Of a stretch of 46,537 nt of DNA, positions 10,665-18,663 are shown one piece after another. The notes below the pieces were generated by a model that was not told the origin of the DNA, did not search any database, and was given only the letters and a program-made list of their open reading frames with translations. The position numbers and the translations under genes were made by a program. Source of the DNA: Chloroflexota bacterium (lineage in GTDB: Bacteria; Chloroflexota; Limnocylindria; P2-11E); NCBI GenBank assembly GCA_009692785.1, contig SHYN01000001.1:1-46537 (forward strand), read 5' to 3'. Within the stretch, counting starts at the first letter, position 1. Each line of letters begins with the position of its first letter.

Positions 10665-11350
10665 CGATGCGACCGCGACCACTGATCGCCCTCACGCTGT
10701 CGCGCATTGGAAGCGTCACGCATCTTGCCAACCGCGCGAACTACGCGGACGCCCTGCACGCAGCGGGCGCTGATACCGTCGAGCTTCTGCCGGGCGACCG
10801 CCTGCCGACGCGCTTCGACGCGCTGTGTCTCACGGGCGGGGGCGATATCGATCCGGCGCGATACGGGGCACCGCGTGAGGCCCCGACGGCCGACGTCGAT
10901 GAGGGGCGTGACGCCTTCGAGCTGGACCTCATTGAGCGCGCCCTCGCTGCCGCGGTGCCCGTCCTCGGGATCTGCCGTGGCTTCCAGCTGCTCAACGTGC
11001 ATTTCGGGGGGTCGCTGCTCCAGCACGTCCCGGGCCATGCGTCTCCGCCGATCGTCGATCACACGATCACAGCGCTCGTCGCCTCGCGCCTCGCGCGTGC
11101 GGTCGGCGAAGCCGCGTTCGAAGTGAACTCGAGTCACCATCAGGCGGTCACGCCCGCCACGCTCGCACCGGGTCTCGTCGGCACCGCACGCGTGGGCGAC
11201 CTCGTTGAGGCCTTCGAGCACGAGCTGCATCCTTGGTTGGTCGGTGTGCAGTGGCACCCGGAGCGGGTGTCCGAGGCGGACCCCGCGGCGAGGGGCATCT
11301 TCACGGCCTTTGTCGCGGCCGCGTCCCGCGAGCCCGCGCCCACCCGGTGA
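10661..11350 (+). CDS. Class I glutamine amidotransferase / peptidase C26 (gamma-glutamyl hydrolase, PuuD-like)
   Basis: 'LTGGGDIDP', nucleophile elbow 'GICRGFQLLN' and 'VGVQWHPE'. GTG 10661 lies in a GTGA overlap with the mce stop. Confidence 0.8.
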   Translation: MTMRPRPLIALTLSRIGSVTHLANRANYADALHAAGADTVELLPGDRLPTRFDALCLTGGGDIDPARYGAPREAPTADVDEGRDAFELDLIERALAAAVPVLGICRGFQLLNVHFGGSLLQHVPGHASPPIVDHTITALVASRLARAVGEAAFEVNSSHHQAVTPATLAPGLVGTARVGDLVEAFEHELHPWLVGVQWHPERVSEADPAARGIFTAFVAAASREPAPTR

Positions 11351-12867
11351 CGTCCCTGGACGATCGTACGATAAGGCTCGACGGCGCGGTCGAGGTCGCG
11401 CATGAAGGACCGGCCCACCGGCGTTGGCTCACCGCGGCCGACGAGCTCGCTTCCTCGACGTTCGCGCTCCAGCCCTCCGAATCATCCCCGGAGCATTCGG
11501 TGCTCCGGGTGGGACCGGGCCGGCGGATCCGGCTTGCCGTTCTTCGAGGCGCCGACCCGCGGGTCGCGCTCGCGGTGCGCCGCGCGGTGCTCGCCGCGGG
11601 CGCCGAGGTCGCGGTCACACTGGTCGCCGATCCCCGGGCCTTGTTCGGAGAACGCGCCGATCAGCTGCGTGCTGTGGCGCCCGACGCGGTGCTTGTTCAC
11701 GGCGACGATGCGCGCGGCGGCGACGCGATCGTTGATCTCGTCGAGGCGCTCCGTGCTGGTTGTGCGGCGCAGCCGGTGGCGCCCACCGTCATCGTGGCCG
11801 GCATGCACGCCGGTCGCGTTGCCGCGGCCGCGCACCCCTTCCCGGTCGAGGCGATCCCCGAGCTGCGCCGGCCGGAGGCGCTCGCCGCCTTCGTCGCGCG
11901 GCTGCGCGAGCTGCGCCGCGGCGATGACCCGGCGCTCGTGCTCCGGGACGAGGCCCTCGAATCCCTTGCGGCTGCGCTCGTGCGTCACGCGCACGGCGCG
12001 ACTTCGCCCGTGATCATCGTCGACCTGACCGGTGGCTCCACGTCGCTCATCCGAGCCTCGACCGATCTGCTCGTCGCGGCGCATGTGGTGCCGCTTGGTC
12101 TCGGCCTCGCCGCCGACCGCGTCGTGGGTCGCGCGGGGGTAGATCGCGTGCGGCGCTGGATCCCACGGGCGCTCGATGGACCGTCGATCCTCGAGCGGAT
12201 CTTCAACCGCGCACGCTGGCCCAATGCCGTCGCGGCGGAGCCGCTCGCGCTCGCGCTCGAGATCGCGCTGGCGCACGAGGCGGTGGCGCAGGCGCTCGGC
12301 GATGCGGTGACGGCCTTCGGAGTGCCGGCCGCCTTCTTTCGAGACGCTCCGCGGATCGTCCTCACCGGCCGCCTGGCGGACCTCCCGCGCCCGGCGCAGT
12401 CGCTGCTCGTGGCGCTCGATGCGCTTGAGCCCCGAGCGGTGACCGCCATCGCGCGTGAGCGGTGCGACGGCCTTGTCGCATTTGGTGCTCAGACCGCGAG
12501 CGCTCGGTCGCGCGGCGGCCACGATGCTTTGCGGTCCGGGCTTGAGCTCGAGCGCAGGAGCGAGCCGCTCGCCCTGGTCGCTCCGCTCGCGACCCGTCGC
12601 CCGGCGGTCCTCCAGGTGCGGCACGCCGGCAGGAAGATCGATCAGCGCATCGAGCCCGGGGTCCTCATGGCACTCGCGATCTCGGGCCCGGTCGAGGTCT
12701 CGTGCGTCAGCCCGGCGCTGCGCGGCAAGGGCGATGCCGGCCGACTGGGGTTGGTCATCGACGCGCGCGGACGTCCGCTCTCGCTGCCCCCTCGCGACGC
12801 TGAGCGGGTGCCAACCGTCGCTCGTTGGTTCGATGCCCTTGAGGCCATGCCCGGTGGACACTCGTGA
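11347..12867 (+). CDS. Hypothetical protein, 506 aa; possibly a divergent ASKHA-fold (GlmL/MutL / hydantoinase-A-like) protein
   Basis: Long ORF with high third-position GC, with GTGA overlaps at both ends. The only faint motifs are 'VIIVDLTGGSTSLI' (compare D-x-G-G-[AT]-[ST]-T-D) and 'RIVLTGRL'. Confidence 0.6.
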   Translation: MTSLDDRTIRLDGAVEVAHEGPAHRRWLTAADELASSTFALQPSESSPEHSVLRVGPGRRIRLAVLRGADPRVALAVRRAVLAAGAEVAVTLVADPRALFGERADQLRAVAPDAVLVHGDDARGGDAIVDLVEALRAGCAAQPVAPTVIVAGMHAGRVAAAAHPFPVEAIPELRRPEALAAFVARLRELRRGDDPALVLRDEALESLAAALVRHAHGATSPVIIVDLTGGSTSLIRASTDLLVAAHVVPLGLGLAADRVVGRAGVDRVRRWIPRALDGPSILERIFNRARWPNAVAAEPLALALEIALAHEAVAQALGDAVTAFGVPAAFFRDAPRIVLTGRLADLPRPAQSLLVALDALEPRAVTAIARERCDGLVAFGAQTASARSRGGHDALRSGLELERRSEPLALVAPLATRRPAVLQVRHAGRKIDQRIEPGVLMALAISGPVEVSCVSPALRGKGDAGRLGLVIDARGRPLSLPPRDAERVPTVARWFDALEAMPGGHS

Positions 12868-13886
12868 GCCTGCGCTACGGCACCTGGGTGGTCGAGCATC
12901 CGCTGCCGCTCGGTATCGGTGAACGCGCGGTCGTCGGTCAGTCGGTCGCGCTCGGTGCGACCATCGCGACGGGCACGGTGGTCCGCGGTGCGGTGCGCGT
13001 CAGCTGCGCGCGCCGCCTGGGCGTCCTGCCGGAGGACCTCAGGCGAGTGCTGCGCGTCGCGCCGGGGGCGCTCATCACCCGGGGCAGCGTTCTCGCGCGG
13101 ACCGGTCGGCGTTTTCCGCGGGCGGTGACCGCGCCATTCGACGGGCGGCTCGTGCACGTGAGCGCCGAGGGAGACCTCTGGTTGGCCCCGGTCGTCGACC
13201 GCTGGCTCGTGCGGAGCACGATGGCCGGCCGGGTGGTGCGCGCCACCGACGCCGCGGTCACGGTGGAGGGGAACGCCTGGTCGGTTCGCGCCATGGCCGC
13301 CTACGGGCCCGACGCGATCGGCACGCTGGCGATCGGTGTCGCCGGTCCGGACCAGGAGCTCTCGCCGCATGGATTGGACGTCCGGCTGCAGGGCCGGATC
13401 CTCGTTGGTGGAGCGCGAATGGCCCCGGAGGCCGTCACCCGTGCCCATGCCTGCGGCATCGCTGGCCTTGTCGCCGGAGCGGTGCCTGCGGCAGGCCTGC
13501 GGGTCGTGTACGGCGACGACGCCACCGCGACCGGCGGAACGACCCGCCTCGATCGTCCGACGCTCCTGTGCCTCGCGGGATTCGGGGCCGGTCCGTTGCC
13601 GACCGAGGTCTTCGACCCGCTGCTGGCATTCGCGAGGTCGCCGGCGGCCATCCATGTGGGGACCGCTCGGCTGTTCGTCTTTGCCCCGGCGGACGCGGCC
13701 GCTGCCGGCCGCGAAGCGCCCGCGATCCGGCTGGCCGCGGACTTCCTCGGGGTCCGTGCCCAGCGCGACGTCCCGACGGCGATCGAGCACGCGCGCTTCG
13801 CGAGCGAATACGAGGGGCAGGCGCTGTCCTCGCCGGACGGTCCCATTCCGCGGGCCAATGTCCTGCCCTTCGACGCCGTTCGTTAG
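12864..13886 (+). CDS. Hypothetical protein, 340 aa; N-terminal lipoyl/hybrid-barrel-like segment plus Gly/Ala-rich nucleotide-fold-like segment
   Basis: GTG 12864 lies in a GTGA overlap. 'VAPGALITRGSVLAR...APFDGRLVHVSAEGDLWL' resembles hybrid-motif barrels. 'GRILVGGARMAPEAVTRAHACGIAGLVAGAV' follows. No family recognised. Confidence 0.6.
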   Translation: MSLRYGTWVVEHPLPLGIGERAVVGQSVALGATIATGTVVRGAVRVSCARRLGVLPEDLRRVLRVAPGALITRGSVLARTGRRFPRAVTAPFDGRLVHVSAEGDLWLAPVVDRWLVRSTMAGRVVRATDAAVTVEGNAWSVRAMAAYGPDAIGTLAIGVAGPDQELSPHGLDVRLQGRILVGGARMAPEAVTRAHACGIAGLVAGAVPAAGLRVVYGDDATATGGTTRLDRPTLLCLAGFGAGPLPTEVFDPLLAFARSPAAIHVGTARLFVFAPADAAAAGREAPAIRLAADFLGVRAQRDVPTAIEHARFASEYEGQALSSPDGPIPRANVLPFDAVR

Positions 13887-13895
13887 CCTTTCCTC

Positions 13896-14252
13896 ATGCC
13901 ACACCGCAGGCGCCACCCACGCGACCGCCGCTCGCTCCATCCCGAGCGGCCGGTGGGGCCTTCCCAGCAGGACCGGCGCGCGGCGAAGGAGGCCGAGCGC
14001 AGGCTCGCCAAGCACGTGACCGGACAGGCGCGGATCGTGCGGCGACGCAACATCATCGCGCTGTTCGCGCTTCCGATCCTCGCGCTCACGTTGGGCTGCC
14101 CTGCCCTGCCCGTTCCGGTCGCGTGCGACGTTCCGCGCGAGGTCATGCTCCTCGCCTTCAGCGCCATCTTCGGCGGGTATCTCGGTCTTTCGATCCGGCT
14201 GTTCCTTGACCGGCGCCGCTACCTGCGCGAGGTCACCCCATCGACTTCGTGA
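13896..14252 (+). CDS. Small hypothetical membrane protein (Arg-rich N-terminus, two predicted TM helices)
   Basis: 'IIALFALPILALTLGC' and 'VMLLAFSAIFGGYLGLSIRLF' are hydrophobic segments. The stop overlaps the tsaE start (GTGA). Confidence 0.5.
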   Translation: MPHRRRHPRDRRSLHPERPVGPSQQDRRAAKEAERRLAKHVTGQARIVRRRNIIALFALPILALTLGCPALPVPVACDVPREVMLLAFSAIFGGYLGLSIRLFLDRRRYLREVTPSTS

Positions 14253-14710
14253 GTCATTCCACCCTGCACACCGAACGGCTCGGAGAACGGATCGCCAAGT
14301 TCGCGAAGCCGGGTGACGTCGTTGCCCTCTGGGGCGAGCTTGGCGCAGGGAAGACCGTCCTCGCACGCGGCATCGCGCAGGGCCTTGGCCTCGCGGCCGA
14401 GGACGTCACGAGCCCCACCTTCATCATCCTGCACGAGCATCAGGGCGGCCGGCTCCCGCTCTTTCACCTGGACCTCTACCGCCTCGGCCCGAGCGACCTC
14501 TCCTCAACGGGCTGGGAGGAATGTCTCGAGGCCCGCGGACTGACCGTCATCGAATGGCCGGAGCGCGCCGGCGAGGCGCTCCCTGCCGACCGGCTCGACG
14601 TGCGGCTTGAGCACATCGCCGACACGAAGCGCCGCGTCGTGATCACCGCCACGGGTCCCGGGTCGCGGTCGCGCCTTGAGGAGTTGGCGCACGATGCTTT
14701 TGGCGCTTGA
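14249..14710 (+). CDS. tsaE: tRNA t6A37 biosynthesis ATPase TsaE (YjeE)
   Basis: 'GDVVALWGELGAGKTVLARGI', 'VTSPTFIILHEH' and 'HLDLYRL'. Confidence 0.9.
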   Translation: MSHSTLHTERLGERIAKFAKPGDVVALWGELGAGKTVLARGIAQGLGLAAEDVTSPTFIILHEHQGGRLPLFHLDLYRLGPSDLSSTGWEECLEARGLTVIEWPERAGEALPADRLDVRLEHIADTKRRVVITATGPGSRSRLEELAHDAFGA

Positions 14711-15428
14711 CACCTCGACCGATTGGGCATCGGTCGCGCTGTATGACGGCCGCGAGGTCCTGGCCGAGGCGACCTGGCACGCCCAGCGGCGTCACGCCGA
14801 CGAGCTCTTCCCCACGATCGAACGCCTGCTCGGCACTGCGCACACGACGATCTCCGAGGTGGACCGCGTCGCGGTCGCGACCGGGCCGGGGTCGTTCACC
14901 GGCCTCCGGATCGCCATCGCGGCGGCGCAGGGCATCGCCCGTGGGGCCGGCGCGGCGCTCGTGGGGGTGAGCACCCTGGACGTCCTCGCCTACCCGCACG
15001 CGTCGTCAAAGCGGCGGACGTGCCCGCTGCTCCCCGCTGGCCGCGACCTTCACTATGCGGCGATCTATCAGGAGCGGAACCGCCGCTGGGCCCGGCGCTC
15101 GCCATTCCTCGTCGGTTCGCTCGACGAGCTCTGCCGTTCGATCGGCGATCACACGCTGTTCGTGGGCGAGATCGACGGGGCGGCCGAGGTCACACTCACC
15201 ACACTCCTCGGCGCCAAGGCGCATTTTGCCCCGCCCTCGGCGCGCCTCCGTCGTGCGGGCACCCTCGCTGAGCTCGGCTGGCGCGAGCTCGAGCGGACCG
15301 ACCAGGTGAAGCTCGGCGAGATCGAGCCGATCTACGTTCGTCAGCCTCTCGGGCAAGGTTCCTTCGACCAGCCGTTCGCACCGCCGCCGCGTGACGATGC
15401 GGCGCTCGGGCTTCCGCGGCGGTCGTAG
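14694..15428 (+). CDS. tsaB: tRNA t6A37 biosynthesis protein TsaB (YeaZ)
   Basis: 'MLLALDTSTDWASVALYDG', 'VAVATGPGSFTGLRIAIAAAQGIA'. ATG 14694 is preferred over ATG 14676. Confidence 0.88.
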   Translation: MLLALDTSTDWASVALYDGREVLAEATWHAQRRHADELFPTIERLLGTAHTTISEVDRVAVATGPGSFTGLRIAIAAAQGIARGAGAALVGVSTLDVLAYPHASSKRRTCPLLPAGRDLHYAAIYQERNRRWARRSPFLVGSLDELCRSIGDHTLFVGEIDGAAEVTLTTLLGAKAHFAPPSARLRRAGTLAELGWRELERTDQVKLGEIEPIYVRQPLGQGSFDQPFAPPPRDDAALGLPRRS

Positions 15429-15429
15429 G

Positions 15430-15957
15430 GTGGTCGACGTGAGCGAGTTGCGCATCGACGACATGGTCATTGCGGACATCGACGCGGTCCTCGAGGTCGA
15501 GCGCGCCTCGTTCGTGGCGCCCTGGCCCGCGAACGCCTTCAAGCACGAGCTCACCCAGAATCGCAACGCTCGTTATGTCGTCGCGCGCCGCGAGGCTCGC
15601 GTCGTCGGCTATGCCGGGCTTTGGAACGCGGTGGGTGAGGCGCACGTCACGACCTTTGCGGTGCGTCCCGACGCTCGGCGCTCGCATGTCGGGGAGCGGC
15701 TGCTCCTGCGCCTCTTTGCGGTCGCGCGCGAGCTGGCCGGCGACGCCCTGGGCCAGATGGCGCTGACCCTTGAGGTGCGCGCCTCGAACCTCGCCGCGCA
15801 GAAACTCTACGAGAAGTTCGGCTTCAGGCGCGCCGGCGTGCGCCGGCGGTACTACTCCGACAACAGTGAGGACGCCATCATCATGTGGACCGAGACCCTC
15901 GACGATCCCAAGCTGCGCGAGCGCCTCACGCGGCTGGCGGCGGAGAACGCGGAATGA
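15430..15957 (+). CDS. rimI: Ribosomal-protein-alanine N-acetyltransferase RimI (GNAT)
   Basis: 'SFVAPWPANAFKHEL', 'LEVRASNLAAQKLYEKFGF' and 'YYSDNSEDAIIMW', in the conserved tsaB-rimI-tsaD context. Start could be GTG 15430, GTG 15439 or ATG 15391. Confidence 0.85.
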   Translation: MVDVSELRIDDMVIADIDAVLEVERASFVAPWPANAFKHELTQNRNARYVVARREARVVGYAGLWNAVGEAHVTTFAVRPDARRSHVGERLLLRLFAVARELAGDALGQMALTLEVRASNLAAQKLYEKFGFRRAGVRRRYYSDNSEDAIIMWTETLDDPKLRERLTRLAAENAE

Positions 15958-15980
15958 GGGTGGTTCGTTGCAACGCAGAC

Positions 15981-16128
15981 GCGACGCGTCCGCATCGGGA
16001 CGGTTCTGCTCCATGAGGATCCTCGGCATCCTTCAAGTTCTGGGCGCCCGGTCCGGGCACAGCCCGGCCCAGGCGTGCGCGACGCGTCCGCATGGGGACG
16101 GCTCTGCTCCATGAGGATCCTCGGCATC
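15981..16128 (+). repeat. Two direct copies (48/50 identical, 98-bp period) of the tsaD translation-initiation region
   Basis: 15981-16030 'gcgacgcgtccgcatcgggacggttctgctccatgaggatcctcggcatc' versus 16079-16128 'gcgacgcgtccgcatggggacggctctgctccatgaggatcctcggcatc'. Each copy contains ATG plus codons MRILGI. Confidence 0.95.
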
Positions 16129-17118
16129 GAGACATCGTGCGATGAGACCGCGGTGGCGATCGTCGAGGACGGGCGCCGGGTGCGCTCGAACGTCATCGCC
16201 TCGCAGACCGTACATGCCCACACCGGCGGCATCGTGCCCGAGGTGGCTGCGCGCGAGCACCTCCGCGTGCTGGACGGCATCGCGCAGCAGAGTCTCGCCG
16301 ACGCGGGGCTGACGCTCGCGGACATCGATGCCGTCGCGGCCACGGTCGGTCCCGGCCTCGTGGGCTGCCTCCTCGTCGGCGCAAACTACGGCCGGGGACT
16401 CGCCTTCGCCTCGGGCCGGCCGTTCATCGGGGTCAACCACCTCGAGGGTCACGTGTACGCGAACTGGCTGGCAGAGACCGCGTTGGGCGAGGCGCTGCCG
16501 CCGGAGCCGGAACTTCCGGCGGTCGTGCTCGTCGTGTCGGGCGCGCATTCCGATCTCGTGCTGATGGAGGCGCACCGCCGGTTTCGTCTGCTCGGCCGCA
16601 CGCAGGATGACGCGGCGGGCGAGGCGTTCGACAAGGTCGGACGCCTTCTCGGGCTCGGGTTTCCCGGCGGTCCCGCCATCGAGCTCGCCGCGCGCGCTGG
16701 CAACCCAAAGGCGTACGCGCTCCCAAGGGCCGCTCTTGCCGATCGGTACGACTTCTCGTTCAGTGGCCTGAAGACCGCCACCCTCCGTCTGGTGCGTGAG
16801 CTGGAGGCGAAGGGTCCGCTGCCGGTGAACGACGTTGCCGCCTCGTTCCAGCTGGCTGTGACGGAGGCGCTCGCGGAAAAGACCGCACGGGCGGCCGCGG
16901 AGCATTCGGTGCGGACGGTGCTGCTCGGGGGCGGGGTGGCGGCGAATCTCGCCCTGCGTGCCGCGATCGAGAGGCGGATCGGTCATCCGCTTCTCGTGCC
17001 CCCGCCGCGCCTGTGCACTGACAACGGCGCGATGATCGCCGCCGCAGCCTTCTACGTCCTCCGTCACCCCGGCACGGCGATCCCGGTCACGGTCACGAGC
17101 GGTCTGAAGCTCGCCTGA
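16111..17118 (+). CDS. tsaD: tRNA N6-adenosine threonylcarbamoyltransferase TsaD (Kae1/Gcp)
   Basis: 'MRILGIETSCDETAVAIV', 'GVNHLEGH' and 'VSGAHS'. ATG 16111 gives the canonical N-terminus, whereas track ORF start 16075 adds 12 aa. Confidence 0.93.
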   Translation: MRILGIETSCDETAVAIVEDGRRVRSNVIASQTVHAHTGGIVPEVAAREHLRVLDGIAQQSLADAGLTLADIDAVAATVGPGLVGCLLVGANYGRGLAFASGRPFIGVNHLEGHVYANWLAETALGEALPPEPELPAVVLVVSGAHSDLVLMEAHRRFRLLGRTQDDAAGEAFDKVGRLLGLGFPGGPAIELAARAGNPKAYALPRAALADRYDFSFSGLKTATLRLVRELEAKGPLPVNDVAASFQLAVTEALAEKTARAAAEHSVRTVLLGGGVAANLALRAAIERRIGHPLLVPPPRLCTDNGAMIAAAAFYVLRHPGTAIPVTVTSGLKLA

Positions 17119-17126
17119 GCGCGCTT

Positions 17127-17579
17127 GTGGCGGCGCTCGATGAGGCCGCGGCCCTCGCACAGGAGCTCGCCTCCGAGGTGGCGGGAGCGGACCACCGCGC
17201 CACCCCCGAGGCGGTGCACCAGCTCCTGCTGCGGCTCCTCGGGGTCGCCGCGGGTTCGGCCGAGGTGACAGCGGCGCTCCAGGATGTGCCGACCGGACAC
17301 GCGCTCCTGCGGTTCACCGACTCCCCGCTCGCGCTCGCATTCGATGCCGGAGAGGGACGTCTGGCGGTAGCGGCGGCGGACCCGCGGGGGCGGGGTCCCA
17401 AGGTGGATGCGAGTGCGGCCGTCTGGCTCGGCCTCGTCGGCGGCACGCTCAGACCGTGGCTCGCGTTCACCCGCGGCCTCGTTGTCTGCCGCGCGGGGCT
17501 CGGCGAGCTCCGCTGGCTGCAGCAGGTCGCCGAGCGCCTGCAGCGTGGGTATGCCGACGCGCGCTCCGCCGCCCGATGA
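17127..17579 (+). CDS. SCP2 sterol-carrier-like domain protein (tentative)
   Basis: 150-aa ORF. C-terminal 'AVWLGLVGGTLRPWLAFTRGLVVCRAGLGELRWL' resembles the SCP2/alkylsulfatase-C pattern. Confidence 0.5.
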   Translation: MAALDEAAALAQELASEVAGADHRATPEAVHQLLLRLLGVAAGSAEVTAALQDVPTGHALLRFTDSPLALAFDAGEGRLAVAAADPRGRGPKVDASAAVWLGLVGGTLRPWLAFTRGLVVCRAGLGELRWLQQVAERLQRGYADARSAAR

Positions 17580-17720
17580 GCATCCACCAACCAAGAGGCA
17601 AGTTCCTGAAGGTACTCGTGGATCACGCGCCGGCGAGGTCCTGAGGCGGCCGCCGCAGATCGTCCCGGCCGCGCACCAAGCATGGAAGCCGGCGGCAGAG
17701 TAGCTGAAGCCCGCGCGACA

Positions 17721-18200
17721 CTACTCTGCGAGAAGGGCTTCGAGTTGGCGCCGGTGATGTTCGTCGGCGTGACCGACAAGGTCGCTGGGCCAGTATGGCG
17801 ATCGCCTGGCCGCGAAGTACGTCTCCGGTAGCGCGCGGAGTGCCCCGACGACCTCGCGGTGGAGCGAGTGATGGTACGCGACCACCGCGCGCGCCGGCCG
17901 ATCGCGCCAGCGTTCGTGGAGGACCCGATTCTTGTCGGCGATCGGCAGACCGCGGAGCTCCGGATCGGACGGCTCCCTCCGTAAGGCGCAGCACGCTCGG
18001 ATCTTGCCCTAAAGACAGGACGTCCTCCCCGGCCATTTCCAGCAGGCCTTCGGGTCATAGTCCCAGTCAAAGAACTTTGCGATTGCCGACGCACCTGGGT
18101 CAATCAGGAACCGTTCGCGCAATTCTGGCGACAATACCCGTCAGGTAAGCCGCTCCCAAGTGGCCAGAACCTGTTCGAGACACCAGGCGGAGTTTTCCAT
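17721..18200 (-). pseudogene. Disrupted DinB/ClbS-like four-helix-bundle gene (tentative family), with in-frame TGA and TAG and probable frameshifts
   Basis: My reverse-complement translation from ATG (18200) reads 'MENSAWCLEQVLATWERLT*RVLSPELRERFLIDPGASAIAKFFDWDYDPKACWKWPG..L*..PSDPELRGLPIADKNRVLHERWRDRPARAVVAYHHSLHREVVGALRALPETYF..YWPSDLVGHADEHHRRQLEALLAE*'. Stops lie at 18141-18143 and 18009-18011. Over 17960-18036 the alternative frame ('GEDVLSLGQDPSVLRLTEG') looks more protein-like. Confidence 0.5.
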
Positions 18201-18432
18201 CGCCGGTAGGCTACTCCTCCGGCAGGTGAGGTAATGCCACGACGGATCGGGTGCCCAGCCGATCGCCGCGACCCGGAGCGATGCCGCGCTTATCAGTCCC
18301 GCCCCAACGCTCCCGCCTCGATCAGTTCGTTCAGGGCGACGAGATCATCCTGACTTGGTCGGGGCGTGTCGCTTTTCAAACGCTCCCGGTAATGACGGCC
18401 TACACTGTACTTACAGAGCATCGGAGGCATCG

Positions 18433-18663
18433 ATGGACGCCGTCAAGATTCGCAAGCAGGGCAACAGTCTCGCGGTCACCATCGATCAGCACACCTTGAT
18501 AGCGGCTCGTCTTCGTGAAGGGGATCTGGTCGTCCCAAGCGTCCAGAAGGGGCTGATCGTTCTTACGCCGGTAGAGGTGCGACCAAAGGTTCGCTCGAAG
18601 GTGCTTGAAGTTGGGCGCAAGGTCATCAGCGAGAATCGCCGGGCTCTGGACCGGTTGGCGTGA
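18433..18663 (+). CDS. AbrB/MazE/SpoVT-type antitoxin (76 aa)
   Basis: 'MDAVKIRKQGNSLAVTIDQHTLIAARLREGDLV' is the swapped-hairpin looped-hinge-helix motif. 'ggagg' SD at 18423-18427. Located immediately upstream of the Doc remnant. Confidence 0.8.
   Translation: MDAVKIRKQGNSLAVTIDQHTLIAARLREGDLVVPSVQKGLIVLTPVEVRPKVRSKVLEVGRKVISENRRALDRLA

Noticed and set aside
18251-18499. 82-aa + strand ORF upstream of, and overlapping, the antitoxin start.
   Set aside because: It is Pro/Ser/Arg-rich with no motif, and it overlaps the well-formed SD and ATG 18433 of the AbrB-type antitoxin in another frame. The region more likely holds the antitoxin promoter, which includes a small CTGTA-N2-TACAG palindrome near 18403-18414.
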